Origin: Curvularia clavata
Lineage: Eukaryota
Direction: 5' to 3'
Assembly: GCA_023920165.1 (NCBI GenBank)
Contig: CP089275.1
Span: 3,906,001-3,970,000, forward strand
Length of the DNA stretch: 64,000 nt
Within the stretch, counting starts at the first letter, position 1; each line of letters begins with the position of its first letter. The notes beneath the pieces were generated by a model. The model was not told where the DNA came from. It saw only the letters and a program-made list of their open reading frames with translations, and ran no database searches. Positions 12,201 to 22,900 of the stretch are shown piece by piece. The translations under genes were made by a program, and so were the position numbers.

Positions 12201-15200
12201 AACATGCATAGGCATGGCCATCTCGCCCAGAGGTCGCTTGCTTGCATCGTCCTCCACCTTAACCCCGAAAGCCTTTTCTTTACGGTCCGTCTTGACAGGC
12301 GAGCCCACGGGGGCGGCAGCAATTGGCATATTCTTTGGCTTTCGACCAAGTTTTTCTTTGGATGGTTTTCCTCGTCTTCCAGCCTTCTCCTGTGAGCCGT
12401 CGGTGTCAGTCTGTCTGCGTGAGCGTCCGGGAGTGGCAGTTCCGGTAGCTTGATCAAAATCCGTCTCCGTAGGGCCAAATGTTGGTGCTGCTGAGCGTCG
12501 AGGTCGTCCGGTTTCAGTAACGGGCAAGGGCAGTCCGTCCTCTCCTTGCACTTCCGTTCGATCCATGTTGGCAATGGCTCCACGGCCTCGACCAACACCT
12601 CCGCCGCGTTTTCTAGAAACTCGCGGCTTTCGCAATTTGCCTTTGTACTCTCTGCCCCATTTGGTTGCATAGTAGTGGTTAATGCAGTCCTTGTAGGTGC
12701 GCTCGGTTCCAACTTCTTTGTACAAAACTTCAGCCAATTTGCCCCATTTCTTAGCATACTGATCCTTGTAGTTGTGTACCATGACCCGATGTTCTTCAGG
12801 CGTGAAATCATCCTCTGGTGGTTCGTAATGGAACACAAAGATTCCTTGGCCGGGTTCGCGCTGGAAGTTGTAGTCAATGAACCTTCGCCGTTGGGCCTCA
12901 GCCTCGGTCAATTCCAAGGGTAGATCTGCTTCTTTTTCAGGGTCAGCCATGGCCTTTCTGGGCTCTTTGTCCTTTTTCCCAAGCTTCTCCTCTTCGGCAG
13001 TCTTCAGGGATTCCTTAATGACTGCCTCGAGATCGAGCTCAGTAGCCCATCGGCTCGCATGACTTCTTCGGCCTGTAGGCGCTGCAGACCCATCAAGTAT
13101 TCCCGTCATCGCAGCGTTCTGAGCATCGGGAGTGACAGCCTTCAGTAATGGCTCCGCTGACGGTTGCCTGTCCTGTTCGTCTTGTTCACGTTCCTCGTCC
13201 CATGGTCGAATATGCAACCGCCACTCTTTGTACACAGCAGCGTATCGTCGAAGGGTCTGCTCAACATTTGTTTCTGGCTCAATGCTCTTGCGCAGTTTGC
13301 TACGAATGACGTCCATGACAGAGTCCGGCAGCGCAGGACGATCTTGACCGATATCAGACAGAGGTGTTGGTGGTCCAGAGCCAAGGTAAGGTAGCGAGCT
13401 CAGGTCAGGAAGAGTCTCTTGATCAACGGAGGTTTCACGCCGAAGGCGCAGGGCCATAGTAGCAGGTGCCGTTGATCGTTCTTCAGTTTCTTCCTTGTCT
13501 TCCATCTCAACATCTTCGGAATCTTCAGCCTTGGGAGTTGGCAGATCTGCGGTAGTACTCTCTGGTGGGGGCTGAAGAGCTACCGGCATTTCAGGAGCCG
13601 CTTTGATGGATGGTGGAACCGGATTCTCTTGAGGCAAGGGCGTGTCCATCTCTTCCGCTGATGCCACTTCAGGTTGTGCTTGTGGAAGATGATCGACGGT
13701 TAAGCAGGACAGTAGAACAATCTCTTGCAAAGGCGTGATGGCGCGCAGATGCGGAGCGCTCAGATCCACACGCTTGGCCTCCAGACGAGCCCGCTCTCGA
13801 TTGTATTTCGCTTCGGATTCAGCAAAGTCCTCTTCGTCCAAATCCAAATCATCGTCGGAGTCCTGTAAAGCCTCCGGCGCAGACGATGCAGCAGACATAG
13901 GAGGCTTGACCATTCGCGGCGACGCGTCTGCCATGACGACATCAGAATGGCGTCTGGTTTCGATTGGCGTGGGTTTAGGCGAAGGTACGGCAGGCCGTTC
14001 TGCTGACGAGGCTCGTTCCCTAGGTCGCTCGGTATCAGTCGATACCCTCGAAAAGGAGGGCGACACTGATTTTGCTTGCGGCGTCCGCTGTGGCTGTGTA
14101 GCCGAAACGCTGTTTTCGAGCCTTGGGGCCTTGGGTGCATTTCCAAACGATCGTTCACGATCTTCACTGGGAAACTCGCGCTTAGTTGGGATGGAGGGCC
14201 TGTTTGATGTGAAACCAGGCCGCACCCACTGCATGCTTTTCGGGCCTCCACTCAAAGGACCCCTAGCCAGAGGGAACCCAGACCTATCAGCTTGATTGTA
14301 TGGTGGGGGCGGCCGAGGAGCCATTGGTGTTCTATCAGCTTTTGGCCCGGTCGGAATGTTTGCTGGTAGGCTTTTGGGTGAAGTGCTCATAGTGGGTCCA
14401 CCCCCACTACCAACACGGGGCCCAAAGGTTGAAGGAGCTGCATTGGGCGACGCATCCCTTGGGACATAGGGTGGTAGCGTGGCCCTCGAGAAGGAAGGTG
14501 ATACATTGGCCCTCAGGGCAGCTTGAGGCGCGGTTGGTGGCGCACGCGGCCTTGGAGCTGGGCCTTGAGGTGGTGACTTTGCTGTGCTTGATGGGACTGC
14601 TGGAGCTGCTGGAGCTGCTGGAGGAGCAGTTGGTGTGTTGGAGGGACCTTTAGGGGGGCCAGGTACTTGCGGCGTTGTCGGACCCTTGGCAGGTGCGCTG
14701 TCCGAGCTTGGTGCATCAGTGGTATGTGATGAAACAGCAGTGGGCGGAATAGCGGGCGGCTCCATCCGCTGAGTCGGGGGCGGCGGTGGCGGCGGAGGTG
14801 GAGGAGCAGGCCTACCCTCATGGTTTGGCGCATCCACAGGCGGAGGGCGGTCTGGTGCGCGATCGGCCTTAGGTCCAGTAGGAGGAGCAGTTGTTAGACC
14901 AGGCGGTATAGCTGACTTGGGAGCAGTAGGAACTGCGGGTGTTTTGGCGGGTGTTGTGGGAGCGACGGGAGCCGTTGAACCTGTTTGCCCAGATGTAGTC
15001 GTAGGAGTCAATGGAACTGAAGGAGGGAGGGGAGTGGTTGAAGGTGCAGAGGCTGGGGTTGCAGGTTGCGTAGGCTGAGCAGGCTGAGCAGGCTTTGGTG
15101 GTGCTGGCGGTGGTGGTGCTGTCGCCGCCGTTGCCAAAGCTGCTGCTGGAGCAACGTTTGGTTTGCTATCAGCAACAGGCGCCCTCCATACATTAGATCC

Positions 15201-16334
15201 ACCAAAGGCCGGAATTGAAGCAGGAGGCGACGACGCTCGAGGTGCATATCTCTCTCTCGATGCTTCCGCGCGGCTGGCAAGTAAAGCCTCATCCTTACCT
15301 GGTTCCCGGCGGGTGTCCTTGGCAGAGAGTGGATCGATAGCGAGAGAAGGTCGCCTTGGGTATGAATCTCCCTGTGGACCTAACCTATCAGATGGAGACG
15401 CATGATGGGAAGAATGAGGCGTTGGCCCCGTAGGTGTGCCCGGGAGATGCCTCAGTTCGGAAGAGGCTGATCCACGGTGGGTGTCTAGTGCCCGTAACCC
15501 GGGTTTTGAAGTACCAGCAGGACCAATGTAAGAATCATACTCTCTTGGGAACCTTCGGTCATCGCGGTCTCTACGATCAAAATCGCGTTCTTCTCGTATA
15601 TCGCGTTCTTGACGCCTAGGAGGAGTCCGGCTGCGGGGTCGATATGATGTACGCTCTGGTATCCGGTCACGTGGATCATGGTGACGGTCCCGGTCATCGT
15701 GGAAGTTCCTACCGCGCCCTGCAAACCCACCTCGTCCTCGGCCAATACCCCCACCGCGATAGGATGATGCAGTACCAAGAGGAGGAGGGTCAGAATAAGT
15801 CGAACCTGCAGAAAGAGGACCGTCTCGCGAATTGCGTCTCGCACGGTTCACGTCCAAATCGCGTGGTGCAAAGTCCCTCTGATCACGCAGGTCCCTCGAG
15901 TCCCGGATAGGTGATCGCCGTGGAGGAGTCGGTCGTCTCTCACGTCGATCAAAGTCGCGGTCTCGGTCGCGGTCGGCTCTCCAGGAGTTTTGAGAGTTGT
16001 GCGAAAATCCAGGTCCACTGCTTAGCGGAGGCGCGGTTCGTAAGGGAGTCGCCTCTCCGCGTCCAGCAAACCCTCGTCCCCTTTCGTCACGTGCCGCTGG
16101 AGACGCGCCTGAGGGTGGACCAGGTGGCGGGCCTCGTGGCGTGTCAGCAAGTGATTTTGGGCCTTTGGGGATTTCCCTGGAAAAACCACTTGGTTCTGCA
16201 TTTGGGCGAAAGGTCTCGTTACCTCTCGGGGGATAACCTCCACCGCCCCCGAAGGCGGATGGCCTTCGGTCTCGGTAGGGCGGAGATCTGTCGCGTGGAT
16301 ATCGGCCGTTGTCGGGGTACCGTGAGGCAGACAT
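9267..16334 (-). CDS. SNT1: Snt1/NCoR-like double SANT-domain subunit of the Set3C HDAC complex
   Basis: Single ORF of about 2355 aa from ATG 16334. SANT1 DDFTPEEH..KKWGKLA..RTYKDCINHYYATK; SANT2 SSYWSVSE..HFGTDWIAIANHMGTKTHTMIKNQY; long P/Q/R-rich disordered flanks. Confidence 0.82.
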   Translation of the reverse strand: MSASRYPDNGRYPRDRSPPYRDRRPSAFGGGGGYPPRGNETFRPNAEPSGFSREIPKGPKSLADTPRGPPPGPPSGASPAARDERGRGFAGRGEATPLRTAPPLSSGPGFSHNSQNSWRADRDRDRDFDRRERRPTPPRRSPIRDSRDLRDQRDFAPRDLDVNRARRNSRDGPLSAGSTYSDPPPLGTASSYRGGGIGRGRGGFAGRGRNFHDDRDRHHDPRDRIPERTSYRPRSRTPPRRQERDIREERDFDRRDRDDRRFPREYDSYIGPAGTSKPGLRALDTHRGSASSELRHLPGTPTGPTPHSSHHASPSDRLGPQGDSYPRRPSLAIDPLSAKDTRREPGKDEALLASRAEASRERYAPRASSPPASIPAFGGSNVWRAPVADSKPNVAPAAALATAATAPPPPAPPKPAQPAQPTQPATPASAPSTTPLPPSVPLTPTTTSGQTGSTAPVAPTTPAKTPAVPTAPKSAIPPGLTTAPPTGPKADRAPDRPPPVDAPNHEGRPAPPPPPPPPPPTQRMEPPAIPPTAVSSHTTDAPSSDSAPAKGPTTPQVPGPPKGPSNTPTAPPAAPAAPAVPSSTAKSPPQGPAPRPRAPPTAPQAALRANVSPSFSRATLPPYVPRDASPNAAPSTFGPRVGSGGGPTMSTSPKSLPANIPTGPKADRTPMAPRPPPPYNQADRSGFPLARGPLSGGPKSMQWVRPGFTSNRPSIPTKREFPSEDRERSFGNAPKAPRLENSVSATQPQRTPQAKSVSPSFSRVSTDTERPRERASSAERPAVPSPKPTPIETRRHSDVVMADASPRMVKPPMSAASSAPEALQDSDDDLDLDEEDFAESEAKYNRERARLEAKRVDLSAPHLRAITPLQEIVLLSCLTVDHLPQAQPEVASAEEMDTPLPQENPVPPSIKAAPEMPVALQPPPESTTADLPTPKAEDSEDVEMEDKEETEERSTAPATMALRLRRETSVDQETLPDLSSLPYLGSGPPTPLSDIGQDRPALPDSVMDVIRSKLRKSIEPETNVEQTLRRYAAVYKEWRLHIRPWDEEREQDEQDRQPSAEPLLKAVTPDAQNAAMTGILDGSAAPTGRRSHASRWATELDLEAVIKESLKTAEEEKLGKKDKEPRKAMADPEKEADLPLELTEAEAQRRRFIDYNFQREPGQGIFVFHYEPPEDDFTPEEHRVMVHNYKDQYAKKWGKLAEVLYKEVGTERTYKDCINHYYATKWGREYKGKLRKPRVSRKRGGGVGRGRGAIANMDRTEVQGEDGLPLPVTETGRPRRSAAPTFGPTETDFDQATGTATPGRSRRQTDTDGSQEKAGRRGKPSKEKLGRKPKNMPIAAAPVGSPVKTDRKEKAFGVKVEDDASKRPLGEMAMPMHVMPMEEQVVMSSDMQQLPGMPGSLMDRPKAQPGARPGPSSYWSVSELQDFDKNVAHFGTDWIAIANHMGTKTHTMIKNQYLRLVESGKLDLEQVAKEADARRDRGEDLGPPPTPTPAPKRRYESTQAAPVRPIAPTPEHASPPPNPLALPKASPPHPNPASRFPTIAQGPMQSKPLVPTSGFPTLPETSLPSVPSIPPQQSPPAPSQRVQPQQQPQQQHHHHHHHQHSMSQSKPQPQGPRAGYFSDDLPPRYESRPPSQPAGSQQTHRPLQQHATPQPRVQEQHQSPVYRGLHYPDRETAGRSELPQDQEIQRRIHEQHVRRISQEVPQHRPFAPSGAPPIMAPVRSNSVVRSPEHRPLPYSHSRHPSQAQSLNQTTAEAFSPGSSTSHIGQQLPPRSTILTPPVKEEPRNMTPSAIPPAQPQPLLHSQMQHPQRSQPPMHNTPPPVVPKPAAEPRKSNLMSLLNDTDPEEPRRKKPSEQGPPSHSSTPQQSAPIAPPPPTTQSYPSASRRPLYEDPIAVQPPYSRQSYAQQSSLPAATPNRPIDLTDDKPSTSRSSMRESWQTRQPYHPGMAQTPQLTPIPSSQSGLPQPPPANDRMFNHRSVFAQHNTPRQNATPPPLTGYSNSPNPHSRTSSISGPPGSMSRHTMPGTSTAQHAQAMNASAQSAQILQPNPYAQVDPPGNGVPPSGPMGMRPSPRLQANHVVQQRESAARNEHSQTSNTSMSYSNPQTPNEHHGQHPFQGLNRLTEPYRPRDPRDAHDMDHRQLSDRDTSRELSQRTDYLREQLSSAAMRSSGPPMHEDLRYQSQDRGYLAQRSQTQTPLSRSEHSQPPPLQHPPHSSLGVANHSLYGQRPPEEPPHHFMRNPRDRSMTERLREEQAQAQAQHQAAMQNRDEHMRREAGRDMRERDMRERDMREREARDAHHRDSFMRASHARGVPPPPGSGPGSLPDQRLPPAGPSDWVSGVPRHPGDRGPWQR

Positions 16335-16997
16335 GATACTCGTCTTCTGTTGTAGATTGAAACTGCAGTTGCGGCATGGGCACAAAGAGGGATCACGTGC
16401 CAATTAGGATGCAATTGCCTGTTGCCAGAGAGCTGGTCCGCGTGCTGGGTTGATGGTGCCGTCGTACAAGGGTAGGGAACAGGCGATGGCAAAGGCGGCG
16501 CGGGAGGCGGATGGGGATGGTTGGGAACAATGCTGGGAAGACCAGATAGAATCAAAGTGCGTTACTCGTCAAAGCAGCCGTGGTTGGAGTCGTAGGTTGA
16601 CGTCGGTCAGGTACGTAACTCGAGGTTCGTGTTTGCAAGCCCGTGGTAAACGAGGGCGCTAGCGGGCAGGGCCCGTGCGTGGAAACCAGGGAAATGAGGG
16701 AAGGCGCCAAATCCCCGATCCGCGGTGGAACAGGCGCAGCTTCTCGGCGCCGGAAGCTGAGATTCAATCTGCTGGCGTTGCTTTGAGGCCCAAAACGTGC
16801 GTCTCAGGCTGGAAACGCGTCGGGTGGGTGGAGAGGAGGGCCAGGAGCAGGCTGGAGATGGAGCTGGCGGGTGTGCAGCGTGCGGGCGTCAGCAAAGGGC
16901 GTCGGGAGCCTTGGAGGAGGGATTCTGCAGGCCGTCGACGTGGCGCTGGGGTTGTGTGCGAGGGAGCGAGAGTCGTAGACACGTGAGGCAGCGGCGA

Positions 16998-17021
16998 GCA
17001 GCAGCAGCAGCAGCAGCAGCA
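16998..17021. repeat. (GCA)8 microsatellite in the SNT1/DYS1 divergent intergenic region
   Basis: Read directly from the sequence. Confidence 0.9.
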
Positions 17022-17838
17022 CGAGGTCGAGATGGAAGAGGGCGGCTGTCTAGGCCGACTGGGTGCCAGGGCGCCGTGGCAGCATGGAGTCGTGAAGAGG
17101 GCTGCTGTCGTCGCAAGGAAGGTGTGATGATGGGAAGGGGAACGTCGAGGAGACCAGACCAGAACACGAGAACGAAGCACTGACACCCAGCCATGACGGA
17201 TGCCTGCAAGTCAAAATGGACGCCCCGGTTGGCCTGCAACGGCCTAGCGAGGGCAGACCATGCACGCCAGCCAGCGGGGTGGTGATTGGCTGCCGACTTG
17301 GACATTGTCGATGTCCTGCAGGGGTCGAAGCCGCTGGTTTTGCCTCAGAATCCAGCCCCCGGTGCCGCCCTAGGCCGTTCCGGGCGAGTGCGCTCTCGTG
17401 GCGGCGCAGCACCCGGACATGGCATTGTCGCGGGGGCAGGACGAGCAGCGAGGCCGTCGAGAGGGAGAGAGAGGGCAGAGGACGAGGCGGGGCTCTCCCG
17501 GTGCGGCCCCGTGTGCTGGTGTCGACGCAGCCCTGACAAAGAGGCGGCCGACGGCGTCGTCTTGGTGTCGTGTCTCTGTTACGAGAAGGGATCGACCCGA
17601 GCACTAGCCTCAGGCTACCAGGGGTGTCGGTGCCACGCTTTAGCCTCCTGGGCCACGAGTGTGGGGGCTCTTTTTCCTCAAAAATCTGCCGCCGCACTGC
17701 CTTGCAGGGTGCACATTCTGCACGCTGCCAGCGTCGCCAACGCCCAAGACGCCGAACCTGCGAGTGAGCAACTGGACAAACGACGCGACGGACAGAGGGT
17801 GCCGCTACTGTGACAGCTCACCCCGCCTGCATACGGCC

Positions 17839-19145
17839 ATGGCCACCAGCAGCTCGTCGGCACCCACGGGCGCCACCGATGCCGTCCTCAAGCCGTCAGA
17901 TCCTGTGCCTGAGGGTGTGCAAGAGGTGCAGGGCATCGACTTCAACGACTATGCGTCACGCACCATGACGGTCCAAGAGCTCGTCGGCGGCTACGCCAAC
18001 ATGGGCTTCCAGGCCACGTCGGTCGGCGAGGCGGTGCGAATCATCAACGACATGGTGAGTGGGTTGCTTGGTTGCTTGCTTCTGCCCCCCGATCGTCGAC
18101 ATGCGCGTGCCACTGCCCGCCAGTGTGCCAGCCAGCAGCGTCAAGTGCGGGACACTGTCCGTGCGCCGCTTCCTAGGCACGCTCCCCAGAAGGCGAAACG
18201 TTTAGCCTGATTTAGCCACACGATACCACCGTATCGCCCACGACCAAGCTAGGGGTCAATGCTAATGCCTGGCAGCGCGCATGGAGGGACCCTGACACGG
18301 CCGACAAGACGACCATCTTCCTCGGGTACACGTCCAATCTCATCTCGTCGGGCCTGCGCGAAACACTGCGCTACCTGGTCCAGCACAAACATGTCTCGGC
18401 CATTGTGACGACGGCGGGCGGCGTCGAGGAAGACTTGATCAAGTGCCTGGCGCCCACGTACCTCGGCGCCTTCTCCACGCCCGGCGCCGGCCTGCGCAAG
18501 AAGGGCATGAACCGCATCGGCAACCTCGTCGTCCCCAACAGCAACTACTGCGCCTTTGAGGACTGGGTCGTGCCCATTCTCGACAAGATGCTCGACGAGC
18601 AGGAGGCCAGCAAGAAGACGGACGAGCCGCTGCACTGGACCCCGAGCAAGATGATCCAGCGCCTGGGAAAGGAGATCAACGACGAGCGGTCCGTCTACTA
18701 CTGGGCATGGAAAAACGATATCCCCGTCTTCTGCCCAGCCCTGACCGACGGGAGCCTGGGCGACATGCTCTACTTTCACACGTTCAAGTCGTCACCGGAG
18801 CAGCTGCGTGTCGACATTGTCGAGGACATTAGGAAGATCAACACCATTGCCGTGCGGGCCAAGCGGACGGGCATGATTGTCCTGGGCGGCGGCTTAGTCA
18901 AGCACCACATTGCCAATGCCAACCTGATGCGCAATGGAGCAGAGAGTGCCGTCTACATCAACACGGCACAGGAGTTTGACGGCAGCGATGCAGGCGCGCG
19001 GCCAGACGAGGCTGTTAGCTGGGGGAAGATCAAGCTGGATGGGGATAGTGTAAAAGTCTATGCAGAGGCAACCGTAGTATTCCCCCTCATTGTCGCAGCG
19101 ACTTTTGCTGCACAGGCTCAGAGCAAGACCGAGAGCCAGTCATAG
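17839..19145 (+). CDS. DYS1: Deoxyhypusine synthase
   Basis: [19 protein letters not shown], intron 18055-18275, then [46 protein letters not shown]. Confidence 0.96.
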
Positions 19146-19958
19146 AAGACGAATAGAGAGCTCTTAGTGGCATTGCGCGAGGCCAAGCTACCGTTGCCGT
19201 GACGCATGTTGTATGGAGCAACGTTGGCGATGCGGAGAGGTTGACGCAGGGAAGGCGCGGTCGGGCCCACCTTTCCCCACTAGGCCGAGAGCGCTAAGGT
19301 GACTGCCTAGCTAGCCGGTGACTGTGGAGCAATCGATAACGAAGCTGAGCTCGTTCGATGATGATGATGCTGCTGCGAGGGCTGATGATGGGCGAACCAT
19401 GCCACGCTGCGCAGCCTTATACGATGACTCAAGGCACACACGACCATCTCCACTGCGAGCTCGCAAAAGGGCGCCTGGCTCTCTGATGGCGACGCCCTCG
19501 ACGTCAACTCTTCCTTGTTCGGGGCATAGCGCTGCCTGGGGGCCGGCCGATTCCTAGGTAGCTTTACCGCCTCATTCTGTACTCTGCTGTGCACGCTGGT
19601 AGGCTGCAGCCCTTCTTTTAAGCTCCAGCCACGCCTGTGCCTGACCTCACCCTTTCCTCAAGTCCCCTCCGTCTCCCCAACACTCAGATAATCAATCCCC
19701 CCCCGCGCGCGCCATCAGTCAGCTGCAAACCAACCCTTGGTGCTGCTTGTTCGTCAACGCGACCGCCCTACCCAGCTTGTTGAGCCTCACCGATAACAGC
19801 AGCGGCCCGCCTGCCTGCAGCCTCGTGCATATTCTCACCCTCGCTCTCATACAAATCTCCCGTCTCGCTCCTTCACCTGCCCGTCTCGCTGCCTCAAACA
19901 CAAACACGCCAAACGCCGCTTCCTCGCTTTCACATGCGCTTTCATCTACTCTCCAACC

Positions 19959-22900
19959 ATGAGCGTCAGCGTCGAGCAACCGCTGCACTTTAGCCAGCAG
20001 CTCTCAACCCCATCACGCTCGCCAACACATGTGCTGCATGCCCACACGTCCCCTTCCTCTCCCCCACCACAACCACCCGCCGACATGGACATGAGCGCCC
20101 CCGCAAACACTTCGCCGCCGACTGGCCAGAACCACGACCGGCACGACGCTGACATGCAAGACGGCGACCACCCCAGCCACCGCGATGCCTCCACCAACAC
20201 AGTCGCTGTCGAAATCTCCGCCATAGACGACGACGCTATGGACGTGGCGCAGGATGCGGAGCCAGATGGATCGCTACTGAACCTCCAACCACCGGACACT
20301 ATCTTTACACCACTATCACCTGTTCCAGACGACACAGTAAGTCATGTCCTTGATTGAACCCCCCCATTCATGTTTCACTAGACCGAAATACTAACCCTAG
20401 GCTAGACGGATACTATCGCCAACATGGTTCCCCCTCCACCCATCGATCCGGGCTCAGTGCCCCCTCCGCCCACTCTTCTCAACGTACAGCCCCCACCTCC
20501 CCCGCCCCCTGCTGAGCCCGTACGCTCCGATAGCGATTCCTCAGATGAGGACGAGGGTCTCCCACCATGGCACCCGCTACAAGAGGACATGTCGTCGCCC
20601 GATGAAGATGAGCTCAGATATATACAAGAGCGAGGCGAACATAGTGCCCTAGATCACGAACATTGGGAGAAGGAGGCTTTCAAGCCACTGGAAGATCCAG
20701 AGTATACTGCCGGCGAGTCAGGCCGCATACACTGGACCATTGATGCCTACAATGGAACACAAGAGAAGCCCAATCATGAGATTCTCATGAAATCTAACGT
20801 GGTTACCATTGGTGGACATCAGTGGCAGATCAAGTTTTATCCTAAGGGGAATGACTCCGAATATCTCAGTGTTTACCTCGAGTGCTTGAGTGTCATGGAC
20901 CCAAAGGACAGGGATGAAGAAGAAGCTGGCAATGCCACTTCAGAACGAGGCACCAGTGAGCCTAGAAATGAAGACAAGGCCAGTGATTCCGCAACACACG
21001 TCAACAACGCACCAGAACATCGTGAGAAGGTCGAACCAGAATCTACGGAACCTCATCAAGTCGATTACCAGCACGCTCCTCTGCCGCTTCTTGGGTCGAA
21101 AAAGGTGCCCAAACGTAACAGCGTAGCTGCACAGATATCTGTCGTTCTTTACAACCCAACTGAGCCTCGCGTAAACTACTCACGCAGTGCACTCCATCGC
21201 TTCTGTAGTGGCTCTCCGGATTGGGGCTGGACACGATTTCACGGACCCTATTTCGAAATTTGTCGCCGTATGCACGGTCAGCGCATGGCATTGCTTCGGG
21301 ACGACAAGCTCGCATTCACCGCATATATCCGTGTTGTTAACGATGAAACCGGTTGCTTGTGGGAGCATCCTATCCGAGAAAACCCTTGGGACAGCTTCGC
21401 TATGACTGGACTGCAAGGCCTCGCGCTTGGAGAAGATGCCAGTATGCCTGGCGGAAACATGATTTCGGCGGTCGCATCATGGATGCTCTTCAAGCCTTTC
21501 CGGCAACTCCTGTACACCATAAATGTGCCAGATCCCAACAAGGAGCCTCTGGCTCGCCCAAAGCCGCTTGTCACTGCATTTCTGCAAGTTTTGTACATGT
21601 TGCGAACCCAATTGGATCCAGGAGCTGGCGCAGTCGCTCTCGATGACATCTTGGATGCCCTTGATTGGTACGGCATCCACGAAGGCATCAACAAACTAGA
21701 TGTAGTCGAGACATGGGAGGTGCTGCGTCTGAAGCTCGAGGAGGAGCTTCAGGACACACCTCACCTTGCTAAGCTTCAAACCATCTGTGGACCAAAGCGC
21801 GACCACTCGAGCGGTGTGCCAAGTTATCGTGTACCCGTTGTAGGTGTAGAGAGCATGCAGGAGGCTGTGAATCGTGCAGATGGCTTTACTGTGCCTGGGC
21901 AGCCGCTGCCTGAGCTGCTGAACATTGAGTTGGAGCGGCATGTATTCGACAGTACAAAGACCCGTTCCCACATCAAACTCCTCAACAAAGTCACCCTCGA
22001 TGACAACATAACTGTCAATGGCGCATCGTATACTCTGTACGGATTTGTAGTACACAAGCAAACCCTACAATCTTACGTCTATCAGCCAATTATTCGGCCT
22101 GAGGGCCCTGGATCTCGTTGGTACAGCTATTCTGACAGCAAGGACGAGAACCAAGTGAGATGTCTTCCTAAACGGCTCGCAGTAGACTTGCATGAAGGAC
22201 AGTCTGGAACAGGACAGGTTATTGGCAATGATCCTGTCGCGTACATTGCAACGTATGTACGCAACGACGTGGCCCAGTCGGCTTTTGTCTCAGACGCGGA
22301 ATCCGAACAATGGGAAGTGCCGCAGTGGATCAAGCTAGAAATGGAGAACAGAAAGATCACCAGAACTGCTACGCCAACGCCACCAACACTCATTGACCAG
22401 CCGGTACCGCAATGCGATCAGGAGGCAAGATCGAAAGCTGAAACAAAGCCGCCACAGACTTTGGATTTCCAAGTCATCGAGTCTCGAGCCTTTCTCAAGC
22501 ATGAAGGGCCTGGTCTCTTTGACCCTTTTGACTCGGAATGGGTAGATGCGAACTCCGAACTCATCCATACCGTATCATTATCGGTACAAGACGGTTGTAA
22601 AGACATCCGTGAGAAAATAATGAATACGCTGCCCAACGTCAAAGATCCTCGACAAATCAAGTTCTGGTTCGTAGACCCAATGCGAGGATCGCTCGGTCGA
22701 CCCAACCTTCTTGGTACTGGCAAGATTGAGTTCTCCGCTGGCAGCTACGACCGATACACGGATAGTAAAGAGTGGACGCTAGAAGAGTCTCCCGTCGCTT
22801 ATCGGCAGATATGGGTGCACGTTACCGATTATGAAAAGCTTCCCGAGTTGCCCAAAGAAGAAACAAAGGGAAACTCTGAGCTACCGGTTGAAGAATCAGG

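Noticed and set aside
16400..17830. Many overlapping 60-215 aa ORFs between SNT1 and DYS1
   Set aside because: GC-rich divergent promoter/UTR sequence has few stops; the translations are low-complexity, many lack ATG starts and none shows a family motif
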